From the NCBI GenBank assembly GCA_963787265.1, contig CAWBCX010000050.1, positions 118,583 through 182,582 of the forward strand: a DNA stretch of 64,000 bases. The letters run 5' to 3'. The DNA comes from an uncultured Alphaproteobacteria bacterium. GTDB taxonomy: Bacteria; Pseudomonadota; Alphaproteobacteria; Geminicoccales; Geminicoccaceae. A program made the position numbers and the translations under genes. A model generated the notes under the pieces. The model saw nothing but the letters and a program-made list of their open reading frames with translations. It was not told where the DNA came from and did no database searches. Of the stretch, positions 11,052 through 20,752 are shown in pieces (the stretch's first letter is position 1; each line of letters begins with the position of its first letter).

Positions 11052-11144
11052 CACCTCCCGGATGAAGGCCGTTTCTCGGCCCGGTTTCAACGGTCGCTTT
11101 TGTCCGTCACCTTGCCCCTAAGACAGCCGTATGCCGATGCGTGG

Positions 11145-11327
11145 TCAGAGACGGACATTGCCTTGGGGCGATTGATAAACGTCGGCAGAACCATGGGGCA
11201 TGCGGCTAAGGACCAAGGCCGCCACGATCGCGATCACAACAGCTGCGACAACGCCGGTGATAAAAGCCTTCATCAAAGATCTCCTGCTCATCGATCGTTG
11301 GAAAGGATGTATCAGATCCTTTGCCAT
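11145..11327 (-). CDS. Possible small single-pass membrane protein
   Basis: ORF with the hydrophobic segment 'AFITGVVAAVVIAIVAALVL'. There is no family assignment and it may not be real. Confidence 0.3.
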   Translation of the reverse strand: MAKDLIHPFQRSMSRRSLMKAFITGVVAAVVIAIVAALVLSRMPHGSADVYQSPQGNVRL

Positions 11328-11333
11328 TTGGCA

Positions 11334-12674
11334 TCAAGGCGTTGTCACTCTCTTCAGGAAGTCGATCAGGTCGGCGCGGTCCTTGACGTTGGGCATCCTT
11401 TGCAGCGGCATTTTCGTGCCCGGAAGGAGGCGGTCAGGCCCGATGTCGAAGAGCCGGTCGATCGTCTGGTCGGTCCAGACAAGATCGCTGTCTTCGAGCG
11501 CTTTCGAGTATCGATAGCCTGGGTGGCTGCCCGCTTTGCGGCCGAACAGGTTATGCAACGTCGGGCCGGCCTTGTGACCGTCATCCGGACCGGTGGTATG
11601 GCAGGCGACACAGGTCTTGAAGAGCTTTTCGCCCTGGCTGGTTTTTGCAACCGGTGCGGCGGATGCGGTTTCGGGCTCAGGCGCAATCTCACCGCTTTCC
11701 GCCGATTTCCTGATGCAAATCATAGGTAAGCACCAGGCCATCGGCGCCGCCGGAAAGAAGTGTTTTGCCATCGGGCGCGAACACCACCGACCAGACTGCT
11801 CCTCGATGACGGGCATAGACTTTCAATCGATCGCCGTCGCCGCGCTTCCAGACGCGCACCGTGCCATCGACACCGCCGGAAGCGACCAAGGCGCCATCAG
11901 CGGACAGAGCAACGGCGAGGACCGGTCCCTTGTGACCATAAAGGGTGAGTCTAGCCCTTGACCTGTCGCGACATCCCAAAGCTGCACGGTTTCATCGACC
12001 GATGAGGTCGCAACCACCTGGCCGTCCGGGCTTTGGTCCAGGCCGGTTACAGCGAAGTCATGGCCATTGATGACCATCACCTGGATGCCATCGGCAACAC
12101 GCCAGAGCTGCAGGCTGCCGTCGGAGGCGCCGGCAAGCAGACGCTCGCCATCCGGTGAAAACGCAACGGCGTTGAGGTTGTCGGCGCCCTTGAATATCCG
12201 GATGAACTCCATGGTTTCAAGGTCCCAAAGACGCACGGTTCGATCCCAGCTGGCTGACGCTGCGGTGCGGCCATCCGGCGAAACGGCGATGGCGACCACT
12301 TTGCCACCATGCCCTTGCAAACGGGCAACGGGTTCTCCCTTGAGCAGGTCCCAAACGCCGACCGTGCCATCGTCGCTTGCAGATAGAGCGCGCTTGCCGT
12401 CCGGCATGAAGGCGACGGCATTGACCGCGGCCTCGTGGCCATGGAGTTCAGCGCGTACCGACTGATCGAGAAGATTCCAAAGGATGATGCTGTAATCGAA
12501 GCTTGCGGTCAGCGCCCTCTTGCTATCTCTCGAAACAGCAATTCCCTTGACCGGCCCGCCATGGGCGTCAAACCCGGCGCGAGCAGGAAGCGGGTTCCAA
12601 GAGACAAACGATATCGCTCCGATCAGAAGATACGTCAGAACGGGCAGATAAGGTCGGGCAAGCCGGTCGAGCAT
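11334..12674 (-). pseudogene. WD40-repeat protein fused to a C-terminal class I cytochrome c domain; two frame breaks (about 11955-11958 and 11695-11715)
   Basis: ORF 11823..12749 has WD repeats ('GHEAAVNAVAFMPDGKRALSASDDGTVGVWD', 'WDRTVRLWD'). ORF 11689..11979 has more WD repeats. ORF 11334..11816 has the haem motif 'CVACHT' and '...GTKMPLQRM'. The N-terminal membrane anchor is 'MLDRLARPYLPVLTYLLIGAISFV'. Confidence 0.7.
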
Positions 12675-12843
12675 GAGGAGCCGCCAATGCTCTTTGGATC
12701 CAAAATCGCCAAGCTCGAAAGCTTGGCTATCCACATCAGTATAGCACAAGTGAGTGCAACCTCACCCCGGCCCAGCGAACGAACTCACCTCCGTGTTCTT
12801 TCAGGAAAGATCCAGCAGGCGGATCGCCTTTGGAAGCAGGGCT

Positions 12844-14166
12844 TCAACCAGGTTGCAGATAACGCCAAAATCGCTCGAAGAACGATGGCTCAGCGCCCGC
12901 ATCAGCCTTGGACGTGCCACCATCCGTCCGGGTGGCGATCGATCGAGAGAGGTCGCTATCGCTCAAATCGCTGTCACGCGGCTTGAACTTTGGGACGGGT
13001 GGACCGTCGGTCCTGGTCAAGGCCGGGTCGGTTTCCGGATCAAGAGGCCCCCCGGCCTGAGAGCCTATGCCTCTCTCCTCGCCCAAAGAAAAGGTATCGA
13101 TGCTGCTGCCCTTGCTACTCTCGCGCTTGAGATTGCTCAAGACTTCTTGAGGAGAGACAGGGGGGTCATTGAAGGGAGTATCAGCCGCGGTGCGGCCGGA
13201 TTCGCCGAGACCCAGTTTTTCGAACCACGCGCCGATCGAGCCACCGAAAGAAGCCCCATTGAGACCTTGATAAGCCAGAAACCCAGCCACGCCCAAGACG
13301 GCGATAACGATCGACGCGGTCAAGCGCCGGCGCTTTCGCACCCGCTGTTGAACCTGCGGAAGATACCCGGTCTGCTGGGGTTGTCGCCGTCTCGGGGAAG
13401 CGCGACGATCCACCTCGGCAGCAGATCTAGGGGCTGCCCGCGCCATCGGCGGCGCCCGGTCGGTGTCAATCTCCAAGGTCGCCTGGGTGCGTGTGAAACG
13501 ACGAGGTCCTGGTTCCACCGTTGCTGGCCTGGCCGGGGGGCCGATCGGCGAGCTCAACGATATATCCGGAGCAACAGGGCGCAATGTCGGCCGCTGTCCC
13601 CGCATCGAGCGCGGTCGCGATGGCGGCGCCACATCTTCATATTCAATCGGCGTTTGTTGGCGGGCTTGGGCCGAGCGAGGTGTTGGCGGGCGGATCTCGC
13701 GCCTTCCGGCAAGCTCAACTTCCGGTCCGATAATCTCCTCATCCTCATTGCTCTGATAGGGATTTGAGGTCCCGATACTTATATCGTCGCTCTCTTCCCA
13801 GACAATCCCGCCATCCTCCGGTGGACTTTGGGCAGAGCCACCGTCGAAAACCCACTCATCATCGGAACAATTGTCCCAGCTTTGCGCCTGCTCGGACCAA
13901 GTTTCCTCTTGATCGGGCCATTCCTCCTGATCCGGCCATTCATCGCTATCGTCCGTCCAGGACGACGTCTCGTCCTTCTGATGATCATCGGAACCGTTTT
14001 GAACATCGGAGAAGATCTGGTCAGCAGGAAAAGGATCGTCGGCATTGCTATAGACACGCATGTCGTCCGGGCGACGATGTCTGATCTTTTCGCGCTCGAT
14101 CGTTAGCCGATCTTCCGAGACCGACCCCGTTGTTCGAGGAAAACGAGGCTTGAAACCACCGCTCAC
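12844..14166 (-). CDS. Hypothetical membrane protein: acidic Trp-rich N-terminus, Pro/Arg-rich linker, one TM helix, about 150-aa C-terminal domain
   Basis: 440-aa ORF with 'SDEWPDQEEWPDQEETWSEQAQSWDN', the TM helix 'LTASIVIAVLGVAGFLAYQGL' and no recognisable catalytic motif. The antisense ORF 12754..13767 looks like a mirror artefact. Confidence 0.55.
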   Translation of the reverse strand: MSGGFKPRFPRTTGSVSEDRLTIEREKIRHRRPDDMRVYSNADDPFPADQIFSDVQNGSDDHQKDETSSWTDDSDEWPDQEEWPDQEETWSEQAQSWDNCSDDEWVFDGGSAQSPPEDGGIVWEESDDISIGTSNPYQSNEDEEIIGPEVELAGRREIRPPTPRSAQARQQTPIEYEDVAPPSRPRSMRGQRPTLRPVAPDISLSSPIGPPARPATVEPGPRRFTRTQATLEIDTDRAPPMARAAPRSAAEVDRRASPRRRQPQQTGYLPQVQQRVRKRRRLTASIVIAVLGVAGFLAYQGLNGASFGGSIGAWFEKLGLGESGRTAADTPFNDPPVSPQEVLSNLKRESSKGSSIDTFSLGEERGIGSQAGGPLDPETDPALTRTDGPPVPKFKPRDSDLSDSDLSRSIATRTDGGTSKADAGAEPSFFERFWRYLQPG

Positions 14167-14469
14167 AAAAGGCGTTCCTTACGTTCGCTGCATCGGGGCA
14201 AAATCTACCTTCCCCACCTTCCAAGGTCATGCGTCACCATTCGAAGGTTATGATAGACAGTTAACGCATGTCATGAGCAAAAAGTTCAGTGACAAGTTGA
14301 CTGGGAGAAGCCGGAATATAGCCGGGAAAGGCGGGCGTCGTCAATTTTCTATTAAAAAGAGATAAAATTTATTATTTTTCTATCAGAAGGATCTTGCGAG
14401 GCTGTTCATTCAAGGGTTTCCGCGGGAATTCCGACGTTTCGTCCTTGCCAACCCCTTTCCAAACCTTGT

Positions 14470-14512
14470 GTCTTGTCGGCAACGCTTGGTCGCCAAGCGT
14501 TGCCGACAAGAC
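14470..14512 (-). terminator. Perfect 20-bp stem / 3-nt loop hairpin downstream of the aminotransferase gene
   Basis: 'gtcttgtcggcaacgcttgg-tcg-ccaagcgttgccgacaagac'. It begins about 30 nt after the stop at 14543. It is followed by only a weak T tract, so the terminator call is tentative. Confidence 0.4.
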
Positions 14513-14542
14513 GATAAAGGAGAGAAATCGAGAACAAGTTGC

Positions 14543-15706
14543 TTAGGCCAGAAAATTTTCAATCCGTTCAACGGCACGCTCGATGTTCTCGATGGAATTC
14601 GCGTAGGAAAAACGAAGATAGCCTTCCCCTTGAGCGCCAAAACTGGTGCCGGCGATGATGGCAACACCAGCCTCCGTCAGCAGGCGATCCTGTAGATCAG
14701 CGGCAGACCTTCCTGTCCCCTCGATGTTGGGAAACGCATAGAAAGCGCCGCCCGGTTTCACGCAACGAAAGCCTGGCAGCGCATTAAGCCGATCGACGAT
14801 CACACCCCGTCGCTCATCGAAGGCCTTCACCATATGATCAACGGCGTCCTGCGGTCCGGTGAGGGCTTCAATTCCAGCATATTGGGTTGCCGCGTTGACG
14901 CAGGAATGGATATTGATCGCGAGCCTGGTGGCATGAGGCACCAACGCCTCCGGCCAGACAGCAAAGCCCAAGCGCCAGCCGGTCATCGCATAGGTCTTCG
15001 ACCAGCCGTCCAGGAGGATCAGCCGATCCTCGATCTCGGGATAGGCGGTAAGGCTGGCGTGGGGCACGCCGTCATAGACCATGCGTGCGTAGATCTCATC
15101 GGACATGACCGCGACGTCCGGATGATCCATGAGGCCTGCGACCAGCTTGTCCAGCTCTTCCTTCGGCACCACGCCGCCGGTGGGGTTGGCCGGGCTGTTG
15201 ACGATGATCAGCCGGGTGGCCGGCGTGATCTTGGCCAGCACCTCCTCGGCGGAGAAGGAAAAACCGTTCTCTTCGTATAGGGGAATAGGGACGGCTTTGG
15301 CGCCGCTGAAGTCGATGACCGAGCGGTAGATCGGAAAGCCCGGGTCCGGGTACATGATCTCGGCGCCCGCCTCGCCGAACATGGTAATCGCCAGATACAT
15401 GGTGACCTTGCCGCCCGGCACGATCACGATCCGGTCGGGATCGACGTTAAAGCCGCGCCGGTCGGCAAGGTCAGCGGCGACCGCCTCGCGTAAAGGGAGA
15501 ATACCATTGGCCGGTGTATAACCGTGGTGGCCGTCTCGGAGTGCTTTTTGGGCCGCAGTGACAATATTTTCCGGCGTCGGGAAATCGGGCTGACCTATGC
15601 CTAAATTGATAATGTCCTGCCCCGCCTCTTTCAGCTTTTGCGCGCGTGCCAAGACATCAAACGCCGTTTCGGTGCCAAGCCGGCTCAAGCTCTTGGCTGG
15701 TCTCAT
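14543..15706 (-). CDS. Pyridoxal-phosphate-dependent aminotransferase, class I/II (AspC-like)
   Basis: 387-aa ORF with 'NLGIGQPDFPTP', 'NSPANPTGGV' and the PLP-lysine region 'DGWSKTYAMTGWRLG'. Confidence 0.9.
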   Translation of the reverse strand: MRPAKSLSRLGTETAFDVLARAQKLKEAGQDIINLGIGQPDFPTPENIVTAAQKALRDGHHGYTPANGILPLREAVAADLADRRGFNVDPDRIVIVPGGKVTMYLAITMFGEAGAEIMYPDPGFPIYRSVIDFSGAKAVPIPLYEENGFSFSAEEVLAKITPATRLIIVNSPANPTGGVVPKEELDKLVAGLMDHPDVAVMSDEIYARMVYDGVPHASLTAYPEIEDRLILLDGWSKTYAMTGWRLGFAVWPEALVPHATRLAINIHSCVNAATQYAGIEALTGPQDAVDHMVKAFDERRGVIVDRLNALPGFRCVKPGGAFYAFPNIEGTGRSAADLQDRLLTEAGVAIIAGTSFGAQGEGYLRFSYANSIENIERAVERIENFLA

Positions 15707-15907
15707 TGATAGAACTCCGTCGTCTTTTTCAGGTTTCTACCCAAGGTCGATTGATTTTACATAAAATTTGAAGCTAAGATTGATTTATTGGTCACTAGCG
15801 CATTGGCAGCCAGATCCTACGTCGAGCATGGGTCTTGAGGCAACAGCAGAACGCCGATGCGACGGCCCTGTTTATGTAGTGATGTAAAGCCATTCTAGCC
15901 AAGAACG

Positions 15908-18016
15908 ATGACTAAAATGAATTGGGAAAGTCGCTTTCATTTGCTCGAGGCCCGTCTCAGCGTCATGGGCCGGGACGCCACTCTGCTGCTTCTTTGGGCT
16001 TTAGCGAGCACCATCGTCATCGTGATTGCCATTGCGCTTACCTGGCAGACGGCCAACCACCTTCTTCATCACGAGCTGCGCGCCAGTGCTTCGGGCTGGG
16101 CGGCGTACCTGGTGAACAATGTGGATGATCTCGAGCAGGTCATGACCACAGGGGAGGTATCGAGCGACAGCCTCAAGGTTTTCCGATCGGCGAGCCGCTT
16201 TGGTCACGTCTTTCGCTATCAGCTGTTCGACCGACGGGGTCGAAGCGTTTATGCCTCCGATGGCCAGCGGCAGGATTATCCGGCCCGTTATCAGCAGCGC
16301 GGCGGGCAAAGCACGCCGTCGTTTCGCGAGGTCGTGAAGGCGAAAAGCCCGATCATCAGGCTGAGAGAACCTGCCCATGACAACCAGGATCTGAGAGATC
16401 TCCCCGAACGCTACGGCCAGATCTACCTGCCCGTTATCGCCAATCGCGATGTGCTGGGGATCGTCGAAATCTATGTCGACCAGACGGACAAGGCCGCTCG
16501 GTACCACCATGTCTTCGTCGTCTTTGCTACCGGCCTCACCTTGTTGATCCTCTTTGCCATGGCTTTTCCGATGGTGATGGTCTGGCGGAAAACCAAACAG
16601 CGCGAGCTTGCCGAGCGTCAGCTGCACGACATGGCCCATACGGACCCGCTCACCAGGCTTGCCAATCGCACCAACTTTCGTGACCGGCTGGGGCAAGCGC
16701 TGGCCGGTGCCAGGGATGGCCAAAGGGTGATCGCCCTTTTCTGGCTCGATCTGGACCGGTTCAAGACGATTAACGACGCGCTCGGCCACCCGGTCGGCGA
16801 TGCTCTGCTCTGTCAGGTTGCGCATCGCCTGCGCCGCACGCTGGCACAGCAGGATGTCGTGGCCCGTCTAGGCGGGGACGAGTTTGCGATCGTGCTCACC
16901 GATTGCCGGGAACGGCGGCATGCAGGCCAGCTTGCGCAACAGCTGATCCGGACCCTGGCCATTCCCTTTGATGTCGAAGGTCATCATGTCGTGATCGGTG
17001 TCAGCATCGGCATCGTGTTTGCCCCCTATGACGGCGATCAGGTGGATGATCTCTTAAAGAAGGCGGATATCGCGCTTTACCGTGCCAAGGATGCGGGTCG
17101 CTCCACCTACCGGTTTTTCAAGCCCGACATGGAGGCAAGGTCGGAGGTCAGACACGCGCTCGAAGAGGATCTTCGGATCGCGATTCACTCGAACCAGCTC
17201 CGCTTGCACTATCAGGCTCAAGTTTGCCTGGATTCGGGCCGGATCACAGGATTCGAGGCGTTGCTCCGCTGGCATCATCCGCGCTTTGGCCACATGCCGC
17301 CAGGCGAAGTCGTGGCTCTTGCCGAGGAAACCGGGCTGATCATGCCGCTTGGCTACTGGGCCCTGCAACAAGCTTGCGCCGACGCCACCACGTGGCCGGA
17401 ATCGATCCGGGTCTCCGTCAATATTTCAGCCGTGCAGTTCAGCCATGCCAACCTGGTCGACCTCGTCAGCGACGCGCTCAGCATCAGCGGCCTCGCGGCT
17501 GACCGGCTTGACCTCGAGATCACGGAGAGCATCGTCATGGCGGACAGCAAGGCGACCATCGCCAAGCTGCGAAAGCTGCGCCGGCTCGGTGTTCATCTTT
17601 CCATGGATGACTTCGGCACAGGTTATTCATCGCTCAGCCGCTTGCGTCATCTTCCATTCAATCACCTGAAAGTCGATCGCTCCTTCATCAAAGAACTTGG
17701 CGGGAATCCCGACGATATCGCCATCGTCCATGCCATCGTTACCCTTGGCCAAAATCTCGGCATGCAGATCATCGCCGAAGGCGTTGAAACCGACGCGCAG
17801 CTCGCCCAGTTGCGCACCGAAGGCTGCGATATCGCCCAAGGCTTCTTTTTTGGCAGGCCCGTCCCTGCGACGGAAATCGGGCGTGAGCTCGCTCGTCATC
17901 ATCCGGTCAGCAGTGTCGGCCTGCACGCCCCGCGCGACAAGAATGCTCCGGTCTGGCAGGCATCGGAAACGACCTCGCCCCTCCCCGCCCCAGCCTTCCA
18001 GGAAGCCATTGGGTAG
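15908..18016 (+). CDS. Membrane sensor diguanylate cyclase/phosphodiesterase (GGDEF-EAL)
   Basis: 702-aa ORF with two TM segments flanking a periplasmic region, the GGDEF motif 'RLGGDEFAIV', and an EAL domain ('FEALLRWHHP', 'LEITES', 'DDFGTGYSSLS'). Confidence 0.9.
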   Translation: MTKMNWESRFHLLEARLSVMGRDATLLLLWALASTIVIVIAIALTWQTANHLLHHELRASASGWAAYLVNNVDDLEQVMTTGEVSSDSLKVFRSASRFGHVFRYQLFDRRGRSVYASDGQRQDYPARYQQRGGQSTPSFREVVKAKSPIIRLREPAHDNQDLRDLPERYGQIYLPVIANRDVLGIVEIYVDQTDKAARYHHVFVVFATGLTLLILFAMAFPMVMVWRKTKQRELAERQLHDMAHTDPLTRLANRTNFRDRLGQALAGARDGQRVIALFWLDLDRFKTINDALGHPVGDALLCQVAHRLRRTLAQQDVVARLGGDEFAIVLTDCRERRHAGQLAQQLIRTLAIPFDVEGHHVVIGVSIGIVFAPYDGDQVDDLLKKADIALYRAKDAGRSTYRFFKPDMEARSEVRHALEEDLRIAIHSNQLRLHYQAQVCLDSGRITGFEALLRWHHPRFGHMPPGEVVALAEETGLIMPLGYWALQQACADATTWPESIRVSVNISAVQFSHANLVDLVSDALSISGLAADRLDLEITESIVMADSKATIAKLRKLRRLGVHLSMDDFGTGYSSLSRLRHLPFNHLKVDRSFIKELGGNPDDIAIVHAIVTLGQNLGMQIIAEGVETDAQLAQLRTEGCDIAQGFFFGRPVPATEIGRELARHHPVSSVGLHAPRDKNAPVWQASETTSPLPAPAFQEAIG

Positions 18017-18021
18017 AAATT

Positions 18022-18645
18022 TCAGGCTTGATGCCGGCCGAGCAGCCGTTCCGCCTCGATCAGATCGTCGGGCCGGTTGGTATTGAAAAAGGGATCATGG
18101 GGCTCGATCGAAAAGGCGACCTCGGCCAACCGATATCGTCCTGTGAAACGATCAACCTTGCGGATATCCTCATCGGTCAGAGCACGGCGCAAAGCGGCGC
18201 CCAGCCTTACCGGCCAAAGCCCGAAAACCGGATGGGAACGGCCTCCCGACCGGGCACAGGCAAGCTCGGCATGCTTCTCATCGAGCGCATGCACCATCCG
18301 GCTCACGAGATCGTCCGGCACGAACGGGGTGTCGGTGGCGACGGTTACGATCCAAGGGCAATCGGGGCGATGAGTTCGCGCCCATTCCATGCCGGTAAGG
18401 ACGCCGGCGAGGGGCCCTGCGAACCCGTCGACAACATCGGATGCAACCGGCAGATCGAAGCCGGCAAAACGGGCAGCGTCACCGTTGGCGTTTAAAAGGA
18501 GGGCTGCGACCTGAGGCCGGATGCGGTCGATGACGTGGGCGAGGATGGGCTTATTCGCCAAGGGCCTGAGACACTTGTCGCCGCCGCCCATGCGCCGCGC
18601 CTGGCCGCCCGCCAGCAGAACACCAACGACGCCCGGGTTCGTCAT
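18022..18645 (-). CDS. mobA: Molybdenum cofactor guanylyltransferase MobA
   Basis: 207-aa ORF with 'VLLAGGQARRMGGGDK', 'DVVDGFAGPLAGVLTG' and 'VATDTPFVP'. Its start overlaps the fdhD stop (ATGA). Confidence 0.9.
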   Translation of the reverse strand: MTNPGVVGVLLAGGQARRMGGGDKCLRPLANKPILAHVIDRIRPQVAALLLNANGDAARFAGFDLPVASDVVDGFAGPLAGVLTGMEWARTHRPDCPWIVTVATDTPFVPDDLVSRMVHALDEKHAELACARSGGRSHPVFGLWPVRLGAALRRALTDEDIRKVDRFTGRYRLAEVAFSIEPHDPFFNTNRPDDLIEAERLLGRHQA

Positions 18646-19523
18646 CGGCGATGATCTCCGGTTGACCCTTTCCGCCGATGGCGGGCGGGTTCGTCGGTGA
18701 CCTCTTTCGGATCGGCATCGAACAGGATCCGATCCTCGCCGGCAAGGGCCAAGAAGCGCCGCCCGCGAGCCCTGCCGATCAAGGTCAGCCCCGCTTGGCG
18801 GGCAAGGTCCACCCCCCAGGCGGTAAAGCCGGAGCGGGAAATCAGAATCGGGATCTGCATCTGCACCGTCTTGATCACCATCTCGCTGGTGAGGCGTCCG
18901 GTGGTATAGAAAATCTTACCCGCAGGGCTCAGTCCCTTCATGAACATATAGCCTGCTATCTTATCCACGGCGTTGTGGCGGCCGACATCCTCCATATAGA
19001 CCAGAGGCTGGTCTCTCTGGCAAAGCACGCAGCCATGAATGGCACCGGCCTTCAGATAAAGGGACGGTGTGGTGTTGATGCTTTTGGTCAAGCTGTAAAG
19101 CCAGGACGTCTTCAGGACTGCAGCGCTGTCAAGCTCTACTTCGTCGAAGCGTTCCATGAGATCGCCGAACACCGTGCCCTGGGCACAGCCGGACGTCCGG
19201 ACCTTTTTCTTGAGCTTTTCCTCGTAATCGGTTTCCCGCGCGGTGCGGACAACGATGACCTCAAGCTCCTCGTCATGATCGATCCCGATGATCTCGTCGT
19301 CGGCACGGAGCATGTTCTGATTGAGGAGATAGCCGACGGCGAGATGATCCGGGTGGTCGCCGATCGTCATCATGGTAACGATTTCCTGACCATTCAAAAA
19401 AAGCGTCAACGGCCGCTCATAGACGACGGCAGCTTCGGCTGGCTTGCCGTCCTGATCGATACCGGCGACCGGCTGGGTCAGCTTTGGATCATCGGGAACA
19501 GGTTTCAAGAGATAAGTGCTCAT
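18642..19523 (-). CDS. fdhD: Formate dehydrogenase accessory sulfurtransferase FdhD
   Basis: ORF 18642..19562. Family motifs are 'TSGCAQGTVFG', 'EDVGRHNAVDK' and 'ISRSGFT'. The likely start is Met14 ('MSTYLLKPV'). Confidence 0.9.
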   Translation of the reverse strand: MSTYLLKPVPDDPKLTQPVAGIDQDGKPAEAAVVYERPLTLFLNGQEIVTMMTIGDHPDHLAVGYLLNQNMLRADDEIIGIDHDEELEVIVVRTARETDYEEKLKKKVRTSGCAQGTVFGDLMERFDEVELDSAAVLKTSWLYSLTKSINTTPSLYLKAGAIHGCVLCQRDQPLVYMEDVGRHNAVDKIAGYMFMKGLSPAGKIFYTTGRLTSEMVIKTVQMQIPILISRSGFTAWGVDLARQAGLTLIGRARGRRFLALAGEDRILFDADPKEVTDEPARHRRKGSTGDHRR

Positions 19524-19638
19524 GGCCGGCACATTGTGAAGCGCCGGTCGTCGATAGGTCAAGTTCAGTTACGGCGCATGCTCAATATCAGGCAACAGGC
19601 TCAGCGCTGAGGTTTCCAGCCAGCGGAAGAAGGATCGT

Positions 19639-20274
19639 TCAGAAATGATAATTCAGCCCCAACTGCAATTGGGTGTTGTAGAGGTCGTCGCCAATAAGCG
19701 TGAACCCCTGCTCTTGCTTCTGTTTCGTCAAATACCAGCTAAAACGCAAAGAAGGCACGATCGATATGGACGGCGTGACGTAATAAGGAATGCCAGCTTC
19801 GGCAAAGGTGGTGAAGACATTTTGGTCCAAGTCTAGGTTCACATCGGTATTATCGGCTGCGACCTTCGCATACCCCAAGCCAGCACCGACATAAGGCACA
19901 AGGACATTGATCGGCCATAAATCGAAAAATATACCACCGGTAACGCTCCAGACCGCCAGTTCCTGTTCGGTAGTCACATTTTGGCCATTGAAGGAAAAGA
20001 CTCGGTCGGCATCCGCCGCCGCATAGGCCACCTCGGCTTCAAGTTTGATATTGGTATCGAGGCGGTAGCCGAACTTGCCGGCGAGTTGGAAGCCGGTGTC
20101 ATACTCGAAATCGACGTCAGCGACATTCTCGATGCCGAGAAAGTCGACATTGGCACTCTGATCAAAAAAGAAGGCAGCACCGCCCGAAGCACCAACATAA
20201 AAGCTCGATTGCGCCATCACGCTGGCCGTTGAAGACAAAACGAGCAATGTCGTGATCAAAATAAGCCGCCGCAT
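19639..20274 (-). CDS. Outer-membrane beta-barrel protein (Omp25/OmpW-like porin family)
   Basis: 211-aa ORF with the signal peptide 'MRRLILITTLLVLSSTASVMA', alternating beta-strand pattern and a C-terminal 'LQLGLNYHF' ending in Phe. Confidence 0.75.
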   Translation of the reverse strand: MRRLILITTLLVLSSTASVMAQSSFYVGASGGAAFFFDQSANVDFLGIENVADVDFEYDTGFQLAGKFGYRLDTNIKLEAEVAYAAADADRVFSFNGQNVTTEQELAVWSVTGGIFFDLWPINVLVPYVGAGLGYAKVAADNTDVNLDLDQNVFTTFAEAGIPYYVTPSISIVPSLRFSWYLTKQKQEQGFTLIGDDLYNTQLQLGLNYHF

Positions 20275-20703
20275 GGTCAGGCTTCCTCCCCGCTCAACAT
20301 GATGAATGAGAACTAAACAGTCTTGACGACAAATTGAACAATCAAAAAATAACCATAGGGCTATTTTTTAAACCTGAAGACTAAAAAATTGAATATTCAC
20401 AGAACCTTTGAGCGTAAAGAAACTGTTAACAATCGCGTTCGCAAAGAAATTCACTCATTTTTTGTTAACCACTCAATGCGTGGTTGATTGTTTTTCATAG
20501 GGAGTAGCGGTCAACCATAAAGAAAAACGATGCATAAACATATTGTTACTTCACATCTGCGACCAAACCATCATCGACGCAACTGTTGCACCGTTACACC
20601 ATTGCAGGAAGAAAGAGAGGAGAGACAGAGTCGATAACGCGCTGTCGCCTGCAGTCAAGATCCGATCTTGCGTCTGGCGGCACCTCGCCTATATCTGAAG
20701 CGT

Positions 20704-20736
20704 CGCGGCCTGGAATGCTCCAGCCGCCTCTTTTTT
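20704..20736 (+). promoter_or_regulatory. Terminator-like stem-loop plus T6, 17 nt upstream of the typA ATG
   Basis: 'gcggcctgga-atgc-tccagccgc' (9 bp with one bulge) followed by 'ctctttttt'. No plus-strand gene lies upstream. It could be a leader/attenuator or the end of a small RNA. Confidence 0.35.
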
Positions 20737-20752
20737 GCCCAGGCCTTTGTCC

